The notes beneath the pieces are model-generated. The model saw nothing but the letters and a program-made list of their open reading frames with translations. It had not been told where the DNA came from and ran no database searches. From Felis catus (taxonomy: Eukaryota): a stretch of DNA of 64,000 nucleotides. Each line of letters opens with the position of its first letter. The stretch's first letter is position 1. Shown here piece after piece: positions 26,411-39,416 of the stretch. The stretch lies in the NCBI RefSeq assembly GCF_018350175.1, contig NC_058368.1, positions 99,574,001 to 99,638,000 of the forward strand, written 5' to 3'. Both the position numbers and the translations under genes were made by a program.

Positions 26411-29400
26411 AAAGGCTGACTCTCTTGTTAGGGACTTAGAGAGATGATGACTTTTCGTTGAAGCCAATGCACATTTCCATTTCAAAAATCCTAAGACCCT
26501 TAAGAATTATGCTAAAAATAGTCTGTGTATGCTCTTTAAATGGAACAACAAAGCCCTGGGTGACAGAAAACCTGTTTCCACCATCGTTTACTGAATATTT
26601 TATGCACACTGATATTTTGTGGACACTGCTTTTTCATAAAGTACCTGGTCACCCGAGAGCTCTGCTGGAAATGTACAAGATCAGTGTTGTGTTGATTCCT
26701 GCTAATGTAGCATGTATTCTTCAGCCCATGGATCAAGAAGTAACTTCAACTTCCAAGTCTCATTTTTAAGAAACACGTTTTGTAAGGCTATAGCTGCCAT
26801 AAAGAGTTATTCTTCTGATGGATATGGGTAAAGTTAATTGAAAACCTCTTGGAAAGAACTCATCATTCTAGATGCCATTCAGAACATTTGTGCCATCCAG
26901 AACATCAGAAGAGGTAAAAATATCAAAATTAACAGGAGCTTCAAAGAGGTTGAGTCCAACCCTCAGGAACGACTGAGGGGCTCAAGACTCCTATGGAGGA
27001 AATAGCTGAAGATGTGTTGTTAACAGCAAGAGAACTAGAATTATACATGGAGCCTGTCACTATAACTGAACGATTGCAATCTCATGGGGAAACTTTAATG
27101 GATAAGGAATCGTTTCTTGTGAATGAGCAAACAAAGTGGTTTCTTGAGGTGGAATCTACTCCTGATGAAGACGCTATGAAGATTTTGAAACAACAGAGGA
27201 TTTCAAATATGACATAAACTTAGTTGAAAAGCAGTAGGCAGGTTTCAGAGATTTGAATCCAGTTTAGAAAGACGTAGTATTGTGGATAAAATGCTATCAA
27301 ACAGCATCACATGCAAGAGAGATTGCTTGTGAAAGGAAGAGTCCGTCAGTGCAGCCAACTTTCTTGCTATCTCATGTAAAACAAATTGCCACAGCCACCC
27401 AACCTTCAGCAGCCACCATCCTGATGGGTCAAGAGCCACCAACATGAAAGCAAGACCTTCTACCAGGAAAAAGATGACAACTCACTAGCTCTGATGACAG
27501 GTCACATTTTTGAGCAATTAAGGATTTTTTTAACGAGATACGTACATTGTCTTTTAAACATGATGCTATTACACACTTATTATACTAACCTGTACTGGCA
27601 ACATAACTTTTATATGCACCAGGGCGCCAAAAAGTCCCTTTGACTAATTTTACAGCAATATTCGCTTTCTTGTGGTCTGGATCTGAATGCACAGCATCTC
27701 TGAGGTATGCCTGTATGTAATTACCTAAATTTAAAAAAAGGAAGCATTATACCATGTTTAAGAATAACTGCACATAACACCTATACTTATCTGGCTAGGA
27801 TATTTTGACATGGTTTGTGGGAAACAGAGCTACCATTTTTCTCATGACAGTAGCTTTTTTCCTCTTTTGTCATCAGACACTAGAAGACAGTAGACTTTTC
27901 AAAGAGATTTGCAATCTATAAAAAAATAAAGCGTTCAAAAATGATAGATACTTCCGTGAGATTGCATACTTATCAGCTGTGTATGTAGATACTTAGGCTC
28001 GTTTGCCAGTCCAAGTTAAGTTTGACAAGGAGCAAAACGCTTTTTGAAAAAGAGAAAATATTATTATATCAAATCGGTATCCTAAATGGGAAGTTGAGTC
28101 TATCATCCAACAGAAAGAATAACCACTGGTACCTTTTATTCACATAACAGTGGATGTTTTCTAAAAGTGATTCACACTGGTTATTCCATAAATACCCACC
28201 TGACACAGCTTCTCCTGGGTATGGTGCCTTATAGTCCACAGTTTTCACTCATGCTTTTGGTTTTAACTTAAGGTATCTTTGCAGAGATTCTGGGACTGTG
28301 TTAGCCTCCTTATTCTAAAGTTGGTGGCCTAGAGGCTACATGAAGTAAGCAGCCTGCCCACACTCAGCTCCTAGAGGATCATGGGGAGCAGGCTAACCAG
28401 GCTGAACCCATAGTTTGATGCTTGTACCATTCCTTGTCCCATGCACGTGAGCCTCTAAATCGCTGCTGCTGTGTTCCAAGGGAGTTCAGCTCCAAATGTT
28501 TGTGATCCAGTTATTAGGAACACAGAGAATTTTCCGAAGTCCACAGCATTATACAAACTATATCGTAGAGAATTCGAATTCACCCATCCCTATGTTTACA
28601 GTGTTTTTTCACTGGTAAATTACATTTCATATTCTGGCTGTGGAACAGGATTCGTCCCCACAGAGGACCATTTAATGACTTAGAATTTTTGAAACATCAC
28701 ATCTGGATGAAAATGGAAACTCATCCAACTCAACATTCTTCTGGTTTGTGACACCAAGGCATAGAGAGGATAAAGAACTTGTTTACTCTGACTTTGCAGT
28801 GCACAAACAATTTTAGCCTCCTGGGCAGAAAAGAGCTGAAATCCAGCCTAATTCCACTGGGCAAACTGTGTGGCTTGGCTCAGAGCCAGCCGCCTGAAAA
28901 GAGATCTTTTTTTTTTTAAGGTACCAAGTTACGTGCCTGTGGGGGATGAGTCTGTCCGGGGTTGAGGCCTTTTCCTAATGTGCATGAAGGAGCTGTATAG
29001 TTCTGTCTAAATGTATTCACACTCTGGATTGGCCTTGCTCCTTTGCTGTTGGGTCTGTGAAGTTCCTTCCCTGATGAATACAGCTATGTGTGTTCACTGT
29101 TAAGGTGCCATAACATTCTGGGGAATGAATGCAATGAAATCTGTTCACTGTTTGCTTACAGATATTTGGGTTATTTCCAGTTTTAGGTTATTACAAATTA
29201 TGCTGTAAGCAATATCACATTCACATTCATTTTGTCATATTATCAATGTTTCCTGAGTATAACATTTAACATGACTTTGAGGTTTGCCGACACCTGAAAT
29301 TTGAAAATGAGTTTCCAGGGTCCTATCTGTAGAGTTTTTGAGTCAGTAGATGTGGGTTAGGTCTCTACAATGTATATCGGTGACAGTCTCTAGGTCCTGT

Positions 29401-30246
29401 GTTAGCTCTACTAAAATCACGTCCTTGGTGTTCCCATTGAGTGAATGGGATATGTTTCTTGCTGGCACTGGGATTCCTTTAGAGCGAGTATCTTTCAGTT
29501 ATACACCAACTGTAAAAACTAGCTTTAGCTACTTTGGTTGGTTTTTGAAGAAAAATCAGTACTACAGTATGTGCACTTTAATACTTGGAAGAGTTCAAAG
29601 TATATGTCATAGTCTGCTGTCTTGGGATGTCTTGGCACACCTTGGTGGAAGTCTGTGCAGCCCAAGGCTGAATTGTTTGCACTTCACAAGGGTGGAGAGG
29701 GGGAGTGACAGAAAGAAGAGACAGTGGGCAGTTTTAGGCCCCCTTCAGCCCATGTTTCACTACTAAACATGGGACACAGGGAAATCACCAACCTCTCTTG
29801 TCCAAAGATCCCGCCTTCACTCTCTGCATGCTCCCTGACTGTGATCTGAGAGGTTACTCAGAGAAACTCTGGAAGAAAATGAGGTTAGCCCTCAATGCCC
29901 ATTGATAATTAATGTAATTTTGATAGTATCAATGGAAAAAAGTTTATATGCAGGTGTCTAGGTCTTTTGTTTTATGTACTCAAAATAGTAGTAACTTTTT
30001 TTAAAGGGTAGCTGAAGTTTTCAGTAGTTAGAGCTCAAAGAATTTTTTTGTCTATGTTTTCCAGTTATTAGTCCTGAAAATAAAGCAAAACGGAAAAGAT
30101 CTTAGCTTGGATGAATATGGCAATGAATCGTCCATTATTCAGGCACCACTGGGTATTGATAGAAGGCTCCTAAATCAACATAGTTTATATAAACTTTTCT
30201 CTCTTACCAAAGCAGAGGAGTAAAACTTTAAAACCACAAAGCTACC

Positions 30247-30450
30247 AGGGGTGCCTGGGTGGCTCAGTCAGGTGAGCATGTGACTTCTGTTCGGGCCATG
30301 ATTTCAAGGTTCATAAGTTCCAGCCCCACGTTGGGCTCTGTACTAGTGTGGAGCCTGCTTAGGACTCTGTCTCTCTCACTCTCTCTCTCTACCCTCCCCC
30401 ACTCATGCTATCTCTCAAAATAAACAAATGGACTTTAAAGAAAAAAAATA
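30247..30450 (+). mobile_element. CAN-SINE
   Basis: SINEC head, (CT)n and an A tail. Confidence 0.93.
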
Positions 30451-31588
30451 CACAAAATGAAAATAGTTTAGAAAGTAAAGCACATGAAGCTGTAACGTGT
30501 AGATGGGTGGTAGAGAAGCCGCTGATTGCTCCGCCCACCTCTTCTCCCCACACACTATGTGAAAGGCCAGAAAGCGGCATTTAAACCCGCAGGTGTGAGT
30601 ACCAGGGCTCGCACAATGTCTGGGAGGAAAAAAATACCCACACTCCCATCTGCTTCATTTACTACTACCAGCCAGGGAACCTAGAAGCAGAAGGGTAGGT
30701 CACGTGTGAAAGTATAAACCAAAAGTTTAAGAATGGCCGTTGGAAGAAATGTCCTTCATGTATTCTACAACGAATACAATCCACAAATGAAAGAAAATAA
30801 TAGCATGTGGAACCATATAAAGGTATTAGGCTCTAATGTGAAAATGCACTGCTGATCTCCTTGACTACTTTTAAGCTAGCTCTGCCCCTCTGTTTCCAAA
30901 TTTCAAAATATTAAGATCTGAAACATATATCTTAAACATGAAGCACCAGGTAGCTATAATATTTCCATATACGTATTTAATGTTTACAGGGTTAGTTCTG
31001 CTTTTAATAACCATAGATACTGTTTTACATGGGGAAGAAGTCAAATGAGCATTAAAACCTTAAATTATTTTTTATCATGTCTTTTCTCTATGAAGTTCAT
31101 CTATTAATATGTTCATATAATTGAGAGGACAAAGGAACTGTAATAAAGTGAGAGAGATTATATTCATGTCGTATTTTCTACTCAAATCTTTTATAAATGA
31201 ATGGCTAATGTTCTGGAGTATTACTCTTACAAAGTGCTTTTAAAACAGAAAATTAAGAAGGCATCCTTCTTCTCTAATATCTAAGCTTTACTGCATCCTT
31301 GTTGGTTACTTTGGAGACTTCCTTCTCCAGATGGAACAGTTACCCACCACCCAGTACAGGGGGGAGAACAGGAGGGAGATGGAAAGAGGGGGAAATGCTA
31401 TCTTAATATTGTGTCTCTAATGATACTGTGTTGGGGGAAAAAATTCTTGGTCGTTGTTCTGATGCCAGTCAACATAAATTTCTTTTAATAGTTTTTCTTT
31501 AAAAAGACCTTAGGTTCTTCAATAATCACATGATACAGCATAGCACAATAGTTTAGTAACTATATTGCAAATTAAAATGAAGGCTTAC

Positions 31589-33121
31589 CTCTAGGATCAG
31601 AGAATGCATTACATTCTATACAAGCCACATTGTGTTGTCAACATCCAGTGATGGTAACTAGCCATCTTTTGAGCTACTCAAGGTCACTGGGAAACCACCT
31701 CACCCAGAGAATCAATGGTGCTAGACAGAAATGAGTACCAAAACTATTTTATCATCTCTTGCTGAGTCTAACCTGAAGAGTGTTCCTTCTCTGAATTAAT
31801 TTCATATAAAGAAATTTATTTCATATAAATTTCAAATATTTATTTCATATAAAGAAACCAAATCATTGCTGCCACCCTATACCCTTCAACAAACTAGGTT
31901 GAGCTAAAAACCAGTCTTGGTCCCTCAGCAAGGAGTCTTCTGGTGAAAGAAATTATTTTAATGAGGGAACAATGTCAAGACAGATGATAACTTGAAAAAT
32001 CTGTTAATTACATAGCTTTATTTCTCTTAATGTCCTATTTCATATTACAATGAAATTTCTGTTGCTCAACAGATGACCTTAAGGGACAAACCTTTTACTT
32101 TTTTCTTCTATCAGAAGGTAATATATGCTCAAAAAAAGAGAACTTAGGAAGAGAGGGGCACACCTCCCCCATGTTCCCCACATCATCCAAAACTGTCACC
32201 CAGAAACAGCCACTGTTAATACTGTGGTGTGTGTCTTCCTTGTTTCTTCTCTGTATATATGCATCTATGCTAACACAAAGAATCATACTCTGTACAGTAA
32301 TAAGCTTTTTCTTTTGGTGTGTATTGTTCATGTTTTTCCATATCACCAAATACTGTTTTATAACCTTTTTAATTATAATAAAGGATTCCATCATATAAAT
32401 TGCATTGTCCTTATAAATAAGTAGGAAGGGATGCCTTGCCTATTTCTACTCAGGAGTTTCACAAAGCACATGATTCTAAGGATATTATTAAAAAGTTAAG
32501 ACATATTTCTAAGTCAGTTAAAACACTTTGGAAAACAAATAGTGATGGATGTTAAATTCAAGTAGAAAAAAAAAGACTTCATATGGACATTCTAGTGAAA
32601 GAGCTCAGATGAGGACAGAACAGGGTAGACTCTTCAACATGAAATGATAGAACAAGTCTAGGTGGATTTCCATCATGGTGGCTCCTGAAAAGGAGGCTGT
32701 GTTCTGATACGATACACTAGTTCACATATAACTTTCAGGAAGCAAGTTAAGCTTGCCTATGACTAGCCTTAAAAGACAATAAAGCACTTTTCTTCTTGGA
32801 CTGTACTTTTGCACTTAAAGAGTATTAAAGCGGACTTACCATTATGAACCGATTTTACCTTACTAGAGGTTCTTCCAGCAGAAACATAGTTGCATTCTTC
32901 CCTCACAAAGAATGATAAACAGGATAACATTGATTTTTCTGTCTGACAAGAAAGGAACAACACTATTTTGAGAATAGGTATACTGAATCAGATGGGCAAT
33001 AAAATAGTAATGGTTTTCTTTCATTTAGAATGTTAGGCACAATGTATTCGAACATCCTACAAGCAGTAACACGTAAGGGAATACGAGTGCTGAGCATCAA
33101 GAGGTGAAGTTACTAGACCAT
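31589..33121 (-). pseudogene. Three exon-like segments (33061-33121, 32840-32942, 31589-31720) of an unidentified, apparently disabled gene
   Basis: Each segment has an AG acceptor and a GT donor (two are GTAAG). Joined peptide: DGLVTSPLDAQHSYSLTCYCLQKNQCYPVYHSL*GKNATMF../..PLILWVRWFPSDLE*LKRWLVTITGC*QHNVACIECNAFSDPR. It contains stops and needs one frameshift. Confidence 0.4.
32060..32410 (-). mobile_element. Old L1 (L1ME-like) 3' end
   Basis: cacccagaaacagccactgttaatactgtggtgtgtgtcttcc is typical of antisense L1ME 3' UTR. Confidence 0.65.
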
Positions 33122-33394
33122 CTACTAAATGATCAAAAGTAGGAATGATACATATTGGGGGCAGGAGGGAAAAGAGTAATGACTTAAAAAAATCAGAATA
33201 TATTTCATTGATTTGTCATTCACTTTGATCTTCTCAAGTATCTATTTTTTAAACCATGAAAGTATATTATGAGTTTATTTGATTTCACTATCCTATCAGA
33301 ACTTACCAATTCAGTTCAGTGAACATTTACCTACGACCTACTACGTGCCCAGTGCTGTGCTAAGTTCCAGACAGGGAGTGTGCTCCATCTGTCT

Positions 33395-33628
33395 GCACTA
33401 AAAGGCCAGTTCATGGTTAGCATTTTTTTAGCAACAAAGAATTTTTTTAATTAATGTATGTACATTGTACTTCTAGACATAATGCTATGACAGTTAATAG
33501 ATGACAGTATAGACAAGCATAATTTTTGTGTGCACTGAGAAACCAGAAAATTTCTCTTGCTTTATTGTGACATTTGTTTTATTATGGCGGTCTGGAATCA
33601 AATCCCCAACACCTCCAAGGTATACATA
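33395..33628 (+). mobile_element. Second Tigger1 3' end (solo ~230 bp)
   Basis: Homologous to 27485-27713 (gttagcattttttta..tgtacattg..gtctggaa..ctccaaggtatacata + TA). Confidence 0.88.
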
Positions 33629-33629
33629 T

Positions 33630-34790
33630 ACTGCTGTTTATCCCATAAGGCCCTTAGGCTCTTTCTTCTTTTTTCTTCTCCTCCTTCTCTTCCTCCCCCC
33701 CTCTCCTGCTACTCTAATTATAAATGCCATATTCTCCAGGTCACTGATTCTTTCTTCTGGATAATCAAATCTTCTGCAAGTCTGTATGGAAGTTTTCAGT
33801 TACTATATTTTTCAGCTCTTAGATTTCTGGTTTTCTTTTTGGTGGTTTCTGTTTTTTGATCAAACTTGGTTTTTTTCATGTGTTGTTTTCCAAACTTTCT
33901 GTTGTTGTCTGTGTGTTCTTATAGTTTGCTAAACTTTCTTAGGATTATTCTGACTTTCTTGACAGTTCACATATACTCATTTCCTCGGGGACAGTTATCG
34001 GAACTTTATTCCTGTTCGTGGTGTCATATTTACTTGAGTTTTTGTTTTTCTTGTTTTACATTGATAGCTGAACATTCGGGGAATAGGGCTCCTCTTCCAG
34101 ACTTTACAAGTTTGCCTTGGCCAAGATCAATCATCATGAGTCAGTTCGTTTGGGTGTCTGGGAATGAATGCTGATGATGTCCTGGACAGGCAGGTCAGCT
34201 ATTGTGGTGAGGTGACAGAGCCCTGATGTTGGTGATGGAAGGGTGTGCCACTGGATGAGAACAGTTGAACAAGACAGCTGGCTTGGTTCCATACCCAAGC
34301 GAAGCTGTAGGATGTTGCCGTAGTTGCCTGAACTTTCTGGTCAGGTGTACGAGAGGGTCAGGACTGGGTAATACACTGAATAAGAATGGAAATAAGAATT
34401 TGCTTCCCTGTCCTGACAAGTTAGCAGGACTGGACCCCTCAGTGCCTATAAGGCTCATTGTTTGGGGTTGCAAATCTGTTGAGTGTGTACTGAATTACTT
34501 GGTCTGATGAGGTCATTGGTTTTGCACTGCAGATAGGGAAAGCTAGGGGCTGTGCTCTTTATTCAAGTGACACTGTAAGTAGAGCTATTAGATGGGTGAC
34601 ACAGCTTCTCGTAGCCTGGTTAGGTTTCCTGGTTGGGCAGGCTGAAGGCTGGATTCAATGATGGGTAGGGTTGAGTGTAGGGCTGAGGGCTCAGGGTTTC
34701 CCTGAGTGTAGTAGGACCATCTCTAAAGTCACTGAAACTATTTGTTGTCTCAATCTACTCTGTACCCCAAATTCTCCAGCTAAATAGGCC
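33630..34790 (-). mobile_element. L1 5' region (ORF1 start and 5' UTR), probable continuation of the L1 ending at 24653
   Basis: tcccataaggcccttaggctctttc..ctccaggtcactgattctttcttctg is collinear with the uninterrupted equivalent at ~45830-45950. Confidence 0.7.
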
Positions 34791-34818
34791 TTTAGTGATA
34801 ATGTTGGGGTGATAATGT

Positions 34819-34970
34819 GGGACACTCAGTCAGTTGAGTGTCCAACTCTTGATTATGGCTCAGGGCAAGGTCTAACTGTTCATGGGTTTGAGCTGCACAT
34901 CAGGATTCTTTCTCTCCCTCTCTCTGCCCCTCTCCCATCTCTCTTTCTCAAAATAAATAAACTTTAAAAA
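34819..34970 (+). mobile_element. CAN-SINE (degenerate)
   Basis: SINEC body, (CT)n and aaaataaataaac. Confidence 0.85.
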
Positions 34971-36475
34971 ATTGGTGATAATGTTTAAAACACTAGAAGA
35001 TATTGAATGATGTTTTAATCTTTCTTGGGATTAAGTCTTATTTAAAATTTGAAAGTAAAGTCAAAGGTAGGGAAAAAAGATCAGTTCCCTGTGCCCGTGT
35101 AGCTGTAGTATAACAGAAATTGCAGAGGAGTGTGTGATATTAAAGAGGCAAAAGTAGGCTATGTTGAAAGCGCAACACTTCCATTAGAAGTTACTCAGAA
35201 GGTATTGGTGGGCAAGTTATTAAGTATTATGTCCGTCCTCTTTGAGGAGAATATCGAGCCATATCTAGCTTGTGACCCTTAATTTCATCAAAGCCCAAGG
35301 TGTAACATTTCCTGACTACTGATAATCTAGTTGATGTCTACTTCTGTAAATCTGTTAATCATTGTTACCTATGTAGTTCCACAAGCTTCCTAATTCCTAT
35401 GTCCTCTAAAAGTTATTTATGGTATTTTACAATAAAGAAACATTTTCCTGATGACATCTTTTCCATTTTAGCTCTTCAAGTAAGTCTTTTCCTCTCTTAA
35501 GTCTTTTGTTACCAGGAAGACAAAATTTCTTTTTTTTTCCTATCTATTGTATAACTTTATAACAGTTAACCTCTTAATGGTGAACAAACAAAACAAAATA
35601 GCCACAAATATCAGGATTCTCTGAGATTCATACGTTTTAAGTCGAGTTTTTCCCTCTCTCACTGTTGCCCTATAACATTGATCTTATTGCCAATTAATTG
35701 TTTGTATCTTCCATTACAATCCTCTACTTTCTCTTGATCCTGGTATGGGCCAGAACCTTCAGGACAAGTTTACATAAAAGTTGTGATACTGACATTCCTG
35801 TCCTTTTATTTTTAATGCAAAGAATTTTAAAATTTTCTTTATGAGTAACTTTGCTCAGGATGAGGGAGATGGGCTTTCTGTTCATTAAGAGCTTGTTCAT
35901 AAATAAGACTGAATTATATTAAATATTTTTTGCATCATTAAAAAGAGTATTCTTTTAACTTTAATCCTAATATTTTTATTTGCCTATTACCTTTTAGTCA
36001 TTCTTGTCTTTCTCAACTATAATATGAATGCCTCAGTGTAGTTTTTTTAAAACTGCTGAATTCATTTTGAATGTGTATTTATAAAATGTGATCATTGTGT
36101 TGATTTTCTTTATTGACATTCTATTTTTTTCTATACAACAGTTCTGTTTTTCACTCACTTCCTTCTTTTACCTAGAATCCATGCTTCATCACTTCACAAA
36201 GATTTTGACCATACTCTTAAACTCTGTTGCTTTAACCTCTTTCCAACTCATTCAGCTTGCCAAATTCTAACCTCACTAGATTCTCCCATCCACTTTCTCT
36301 TAATTAAAAACAGTAGGACAAAGTCCCATTGCACAAAGTTGTTTGATAGACTGCTCTTACCATAAATTTATAATCTTCAAAGTCAACTGAACTCAAAGGG
36401 ACTGTGCCTATCATTCATACAAAATCGTACTAGTCAACTCGTATTCCTATACTGGGCCATGTTTGTTTGAAACTT

Positions 36476-36500
36476 TGTGTGTGTGTGTGTGTGTGTGTGT
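36476..36500. repeat. (GT)n microsatellite
   Basis: Read directly from the sequence. Confidence 0.95.
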
Positions 36501-36504
36501 AAAA

Positions 36505-36743
36505 GAAAACTGTACCAGACACTTGTTAATATTCAGGACTATTGCAATAGGAGTGAGAAATTGAACTCAACTCTGCTGAAACACAAAGAAGACAGATTTT
36601 AAGTGTGAGGGTGAGCTAATGGAAAAGTACTGGAGAACAGTGGAAGGAAATTAGTCATCTATATTTCCTTTTTAAAAATAGAGATTTATATATTTATTGA
36701 TATACATATTTATATACATTATATGTGTATATATATATGTATG

Positions 36744-36799
<56 letters not shown>

Positions 36800-36860
36800 T
36801 AAACATACATAGACACCCCCCTGCTGGTTTTGTTCCTGTGAAGAACCCTGTATAATCAGT
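36505..36860. mobile_element. ERV LTR fragments, including an MLT2-like 3' end with a (TA)n(CA)n tract
   Basis: cctgctggttttgttcctgtgaagaaccctgtataatca after TA/CA repeats resembles the MLT2 terminus; 36510-36660 resembles another LTR. Confidence 0.6.
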
Positions 36861-37189
36861 AATGTTGGCTATGTTAACATATATGTATACATCCACATAA
36901 AGACACACATACAGACATACATCTATCTATCTAGTAGGCTCAGTGCAGCCATTGACATGAATGAGTTTTACTGCCCACAGTTAAAACTAGGATGATGGCC
37001 AAGTGAACAGATCAACCTTTCAAGAAAATACCATCAACACTCTGATTGTCTCTAGATTTCAAATTCAGGATTCAAGAGAGAAGGCAATGATGTCAATTGA
37101 ACGCTGAAGTCTCTTTCTTCTCTGTGAAGGAAACAAATGGGGGAAGGATTCAATTTGCCTTCCAGGTTCTCTAGGAGAGCTTTCCCATT

Positions 37190-38270
37190 TGCCTGAAAAA
37201 TGTGGAGCGTTATGCTTTCAGATTTGCTCTTTCTTGAGATTGCTTTGGTTTTCCGAAGTCTTAGATGGTTATGTACAAATTTTAGGATTGTTTTATTTCT
37301 GTGAGAAATTACAGGAATTTCGATAGGGATTGTTTGGAATCTGTAGATTTCTTTGGATGGTATGGACATATCAACCATATTAATTTTTCTAACACATGAC
37401 CACAAAGTTTCTTTCCATTGATTTGTCTTATTCAATTTCATCAGTGTCTTACAACTTTCATTGTAGAGGTCTTTCACATCCTTGGTTAAATTTATTCTTA
37501 TTTATTTCACTTTCTTGGTGATTCTGGCTCAAGTTTTATCCATTTTGCTTATCTTTTCAAAGAATCAGCTCTTAGTTTCACTTACCTTTTCTATTAGCAT
37601 TTATTTTGTATTTTTAAATTTGAGCATTGTTTATTTAAATTTGAGCATTGTTTATTCTTTTTACAATTCCTTGAGGTATAAAGTTAGGTTGTTGGGTTTT
37701 TTTTTTCTTTTTTATTGATGTAGGCATTCATTACGATGAATTGCCCCAGTAGAACTGCTGTTGCTATAAGTTTTGATATGTTGTATTTCCCTTTCCACTC
37801 ATTTCAATTATTTTGATTTCTCCTTTGACTCACTCTTTGGAACAGCAGGTGGTTTCATCTCTACATATTTGTCATTCTTCTAGTTTCCTCTTGTCATTAA
37901 TTTCTAGTTTCATACCACTGTAATCAGAAAAGATGCTTGATAAGGTTTCATTTTACTTAAAAATGTTAAGATTTGTTTTAGCACCTAATGTAAGATCTAT
38001 ACTGGAAAATGTTCTATGTGCATTTAAGAATGTACATATGTTGTTTTTGGAAGGAGTGTTATGTATATAGCTGTAAAATCCATCTGGTCTAATGTGTCCT
38101 TTTAAGGCCAATGTTTCCTAATTGATTTTCTATCTGGATGATCTACCCTTTGATGTAAGTGGAGTAGTAGAGCCCCTTCCTATTATTATATTGCTGTCCA
38201 ATCTTTCTTTTAGGTCCATAAATATTTGCTTTTTATATTTCAGTGCTCCTATGTTAGGCACAAAAAATAC
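37190..38270 (-). mobile_element. L1 ORF2 fragments
   Basis: The minus ORF MKDLYNESCKTLMK..IYRFQTIPIEIP is L1 ORF2-like. Confidence 0.88.
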
Positions 38271-38989
38271 TTAAAACTGTATGGTGTATGCAGAGAGCCC
38301 CTAGGAGAGCCTGTTCCTCCTTACCATCAGGTACCAAGTATTTTTTGGCATGGAAATTTTATCCTTGGCGGTTGGCCATTCACCTTTGGCAAAGGGAGAC
38401 TAACTTCCACAATTTGCCTATGTTCCAAGTTCAGGCTACAACATATCACAGAAGCAGAAGCAAAGACTAGGATCTCTGTCCCCAAAACCAAAGTCAAAGG
38501 ACTTCATTGAGTTAGCCCTCAGTGGCTCGCAACCAAATTTCTATGCATTAAAGGTTATTACTGGCCTCAAAGGAGGACTCCTAAAGTGGACAGCAGGAGA
38601 CTGAGTTGGGGATTTAGACCCTAGAAAGCAGACTATGAGTCTGGTTTTCTTCTCAGTATATGAATGAACCTTCCAAGGTGTTTGGACTTGGACACCCTGA
38701 CAGAGACCCTGGGTTAATGGAGAGTGGCTGTGCATGTGAGTGGAAGCTCAGGAAGTGAGGTGGATCATATTACCTGTTCAAGAACTTGACCAGGAGAGCA
38801 TCTCCACAGCAATTAACCATTAGGCCTCTGCAACCGTTAAAGCTACTGTCTGTGGCAGTGAAGACTGCAATGTTGTAATGAAGAACGTACTGACCATATG
38901 TGAATCAAGAGCTTGCAGTTTACAGCTGTGTTTTTGACGTTTGGGGGGGGGGGTGCGTGTTAAAGGATAGGCAGAGCATGGATATAAAA

Positions 38990-39021
38990 ATTTTTATTTT
39001 ATTAATGTTTACTCACTTTTT

Positions 39022-39054
<33 letters not shown>

Positions 39055-39213
39055 CAGGGGATGGGCAGAGAGAGGGGGAGACAAAGAATCTGAAGCAGGT
39101 TCCAGGTTCCAAGCTGTCAACGCAGAGCCAGACACACTGCCCAAACACATGAATGCAAGATCATGACCTGAGCTGAAGTCAGATGCTCAACTGCTTGAGC
39201 CATCCATGTACCC
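38990..39213 (-). mobile_element. CAN-SINE
   Basis: Antisense SINEC with long (GA)n. Confidence 0.92.
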
Positions 39214-39416
39214 ATGAAAAGATTTTTGAAAAGAAAATATATATACACCCAAATCCATAAATAATGAAAAATTAAAATTTTATGGTCAGTTCTTCAGGGG
39301 TAAAAATGGCCAAGTATTTTCCACTGAGGGCATCTCAACACCATATTTTGTGGTATATAACTATCGGGACATCAGAATCATTATTACTTTGTGGCATTTT
39401 TAATAACAATTTTGTA

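Larger units (their letters stand above)
24654..27713 (+). mobile_element. Near full-length Tigger1 (TcMar/pogo) DNA transposon, transposase decayed
   Basis: 5' TIR cagacatacctcatttttattg and 3' TIR ctgaggtatgcctg followed by TA. Pogo-like DDE remnants (IPANVACILQPMDQEVTSTSKSH). About 2.4 kb after removing three SINEs. Confidence 0.93.

Noticed and set aside
26458..27217. Possible domesticated pogo/TIGD-like transposase gene
   Set aside because: Fragmented by stops, frameshifts and SINEs; an ordinary Tigger1 fossil.
29350..29766. 138-aa plus-strand ORF
   Set aside because: Non-ATG start, no recognisable domain, and it overlaps degenerate repeat-like sequence.
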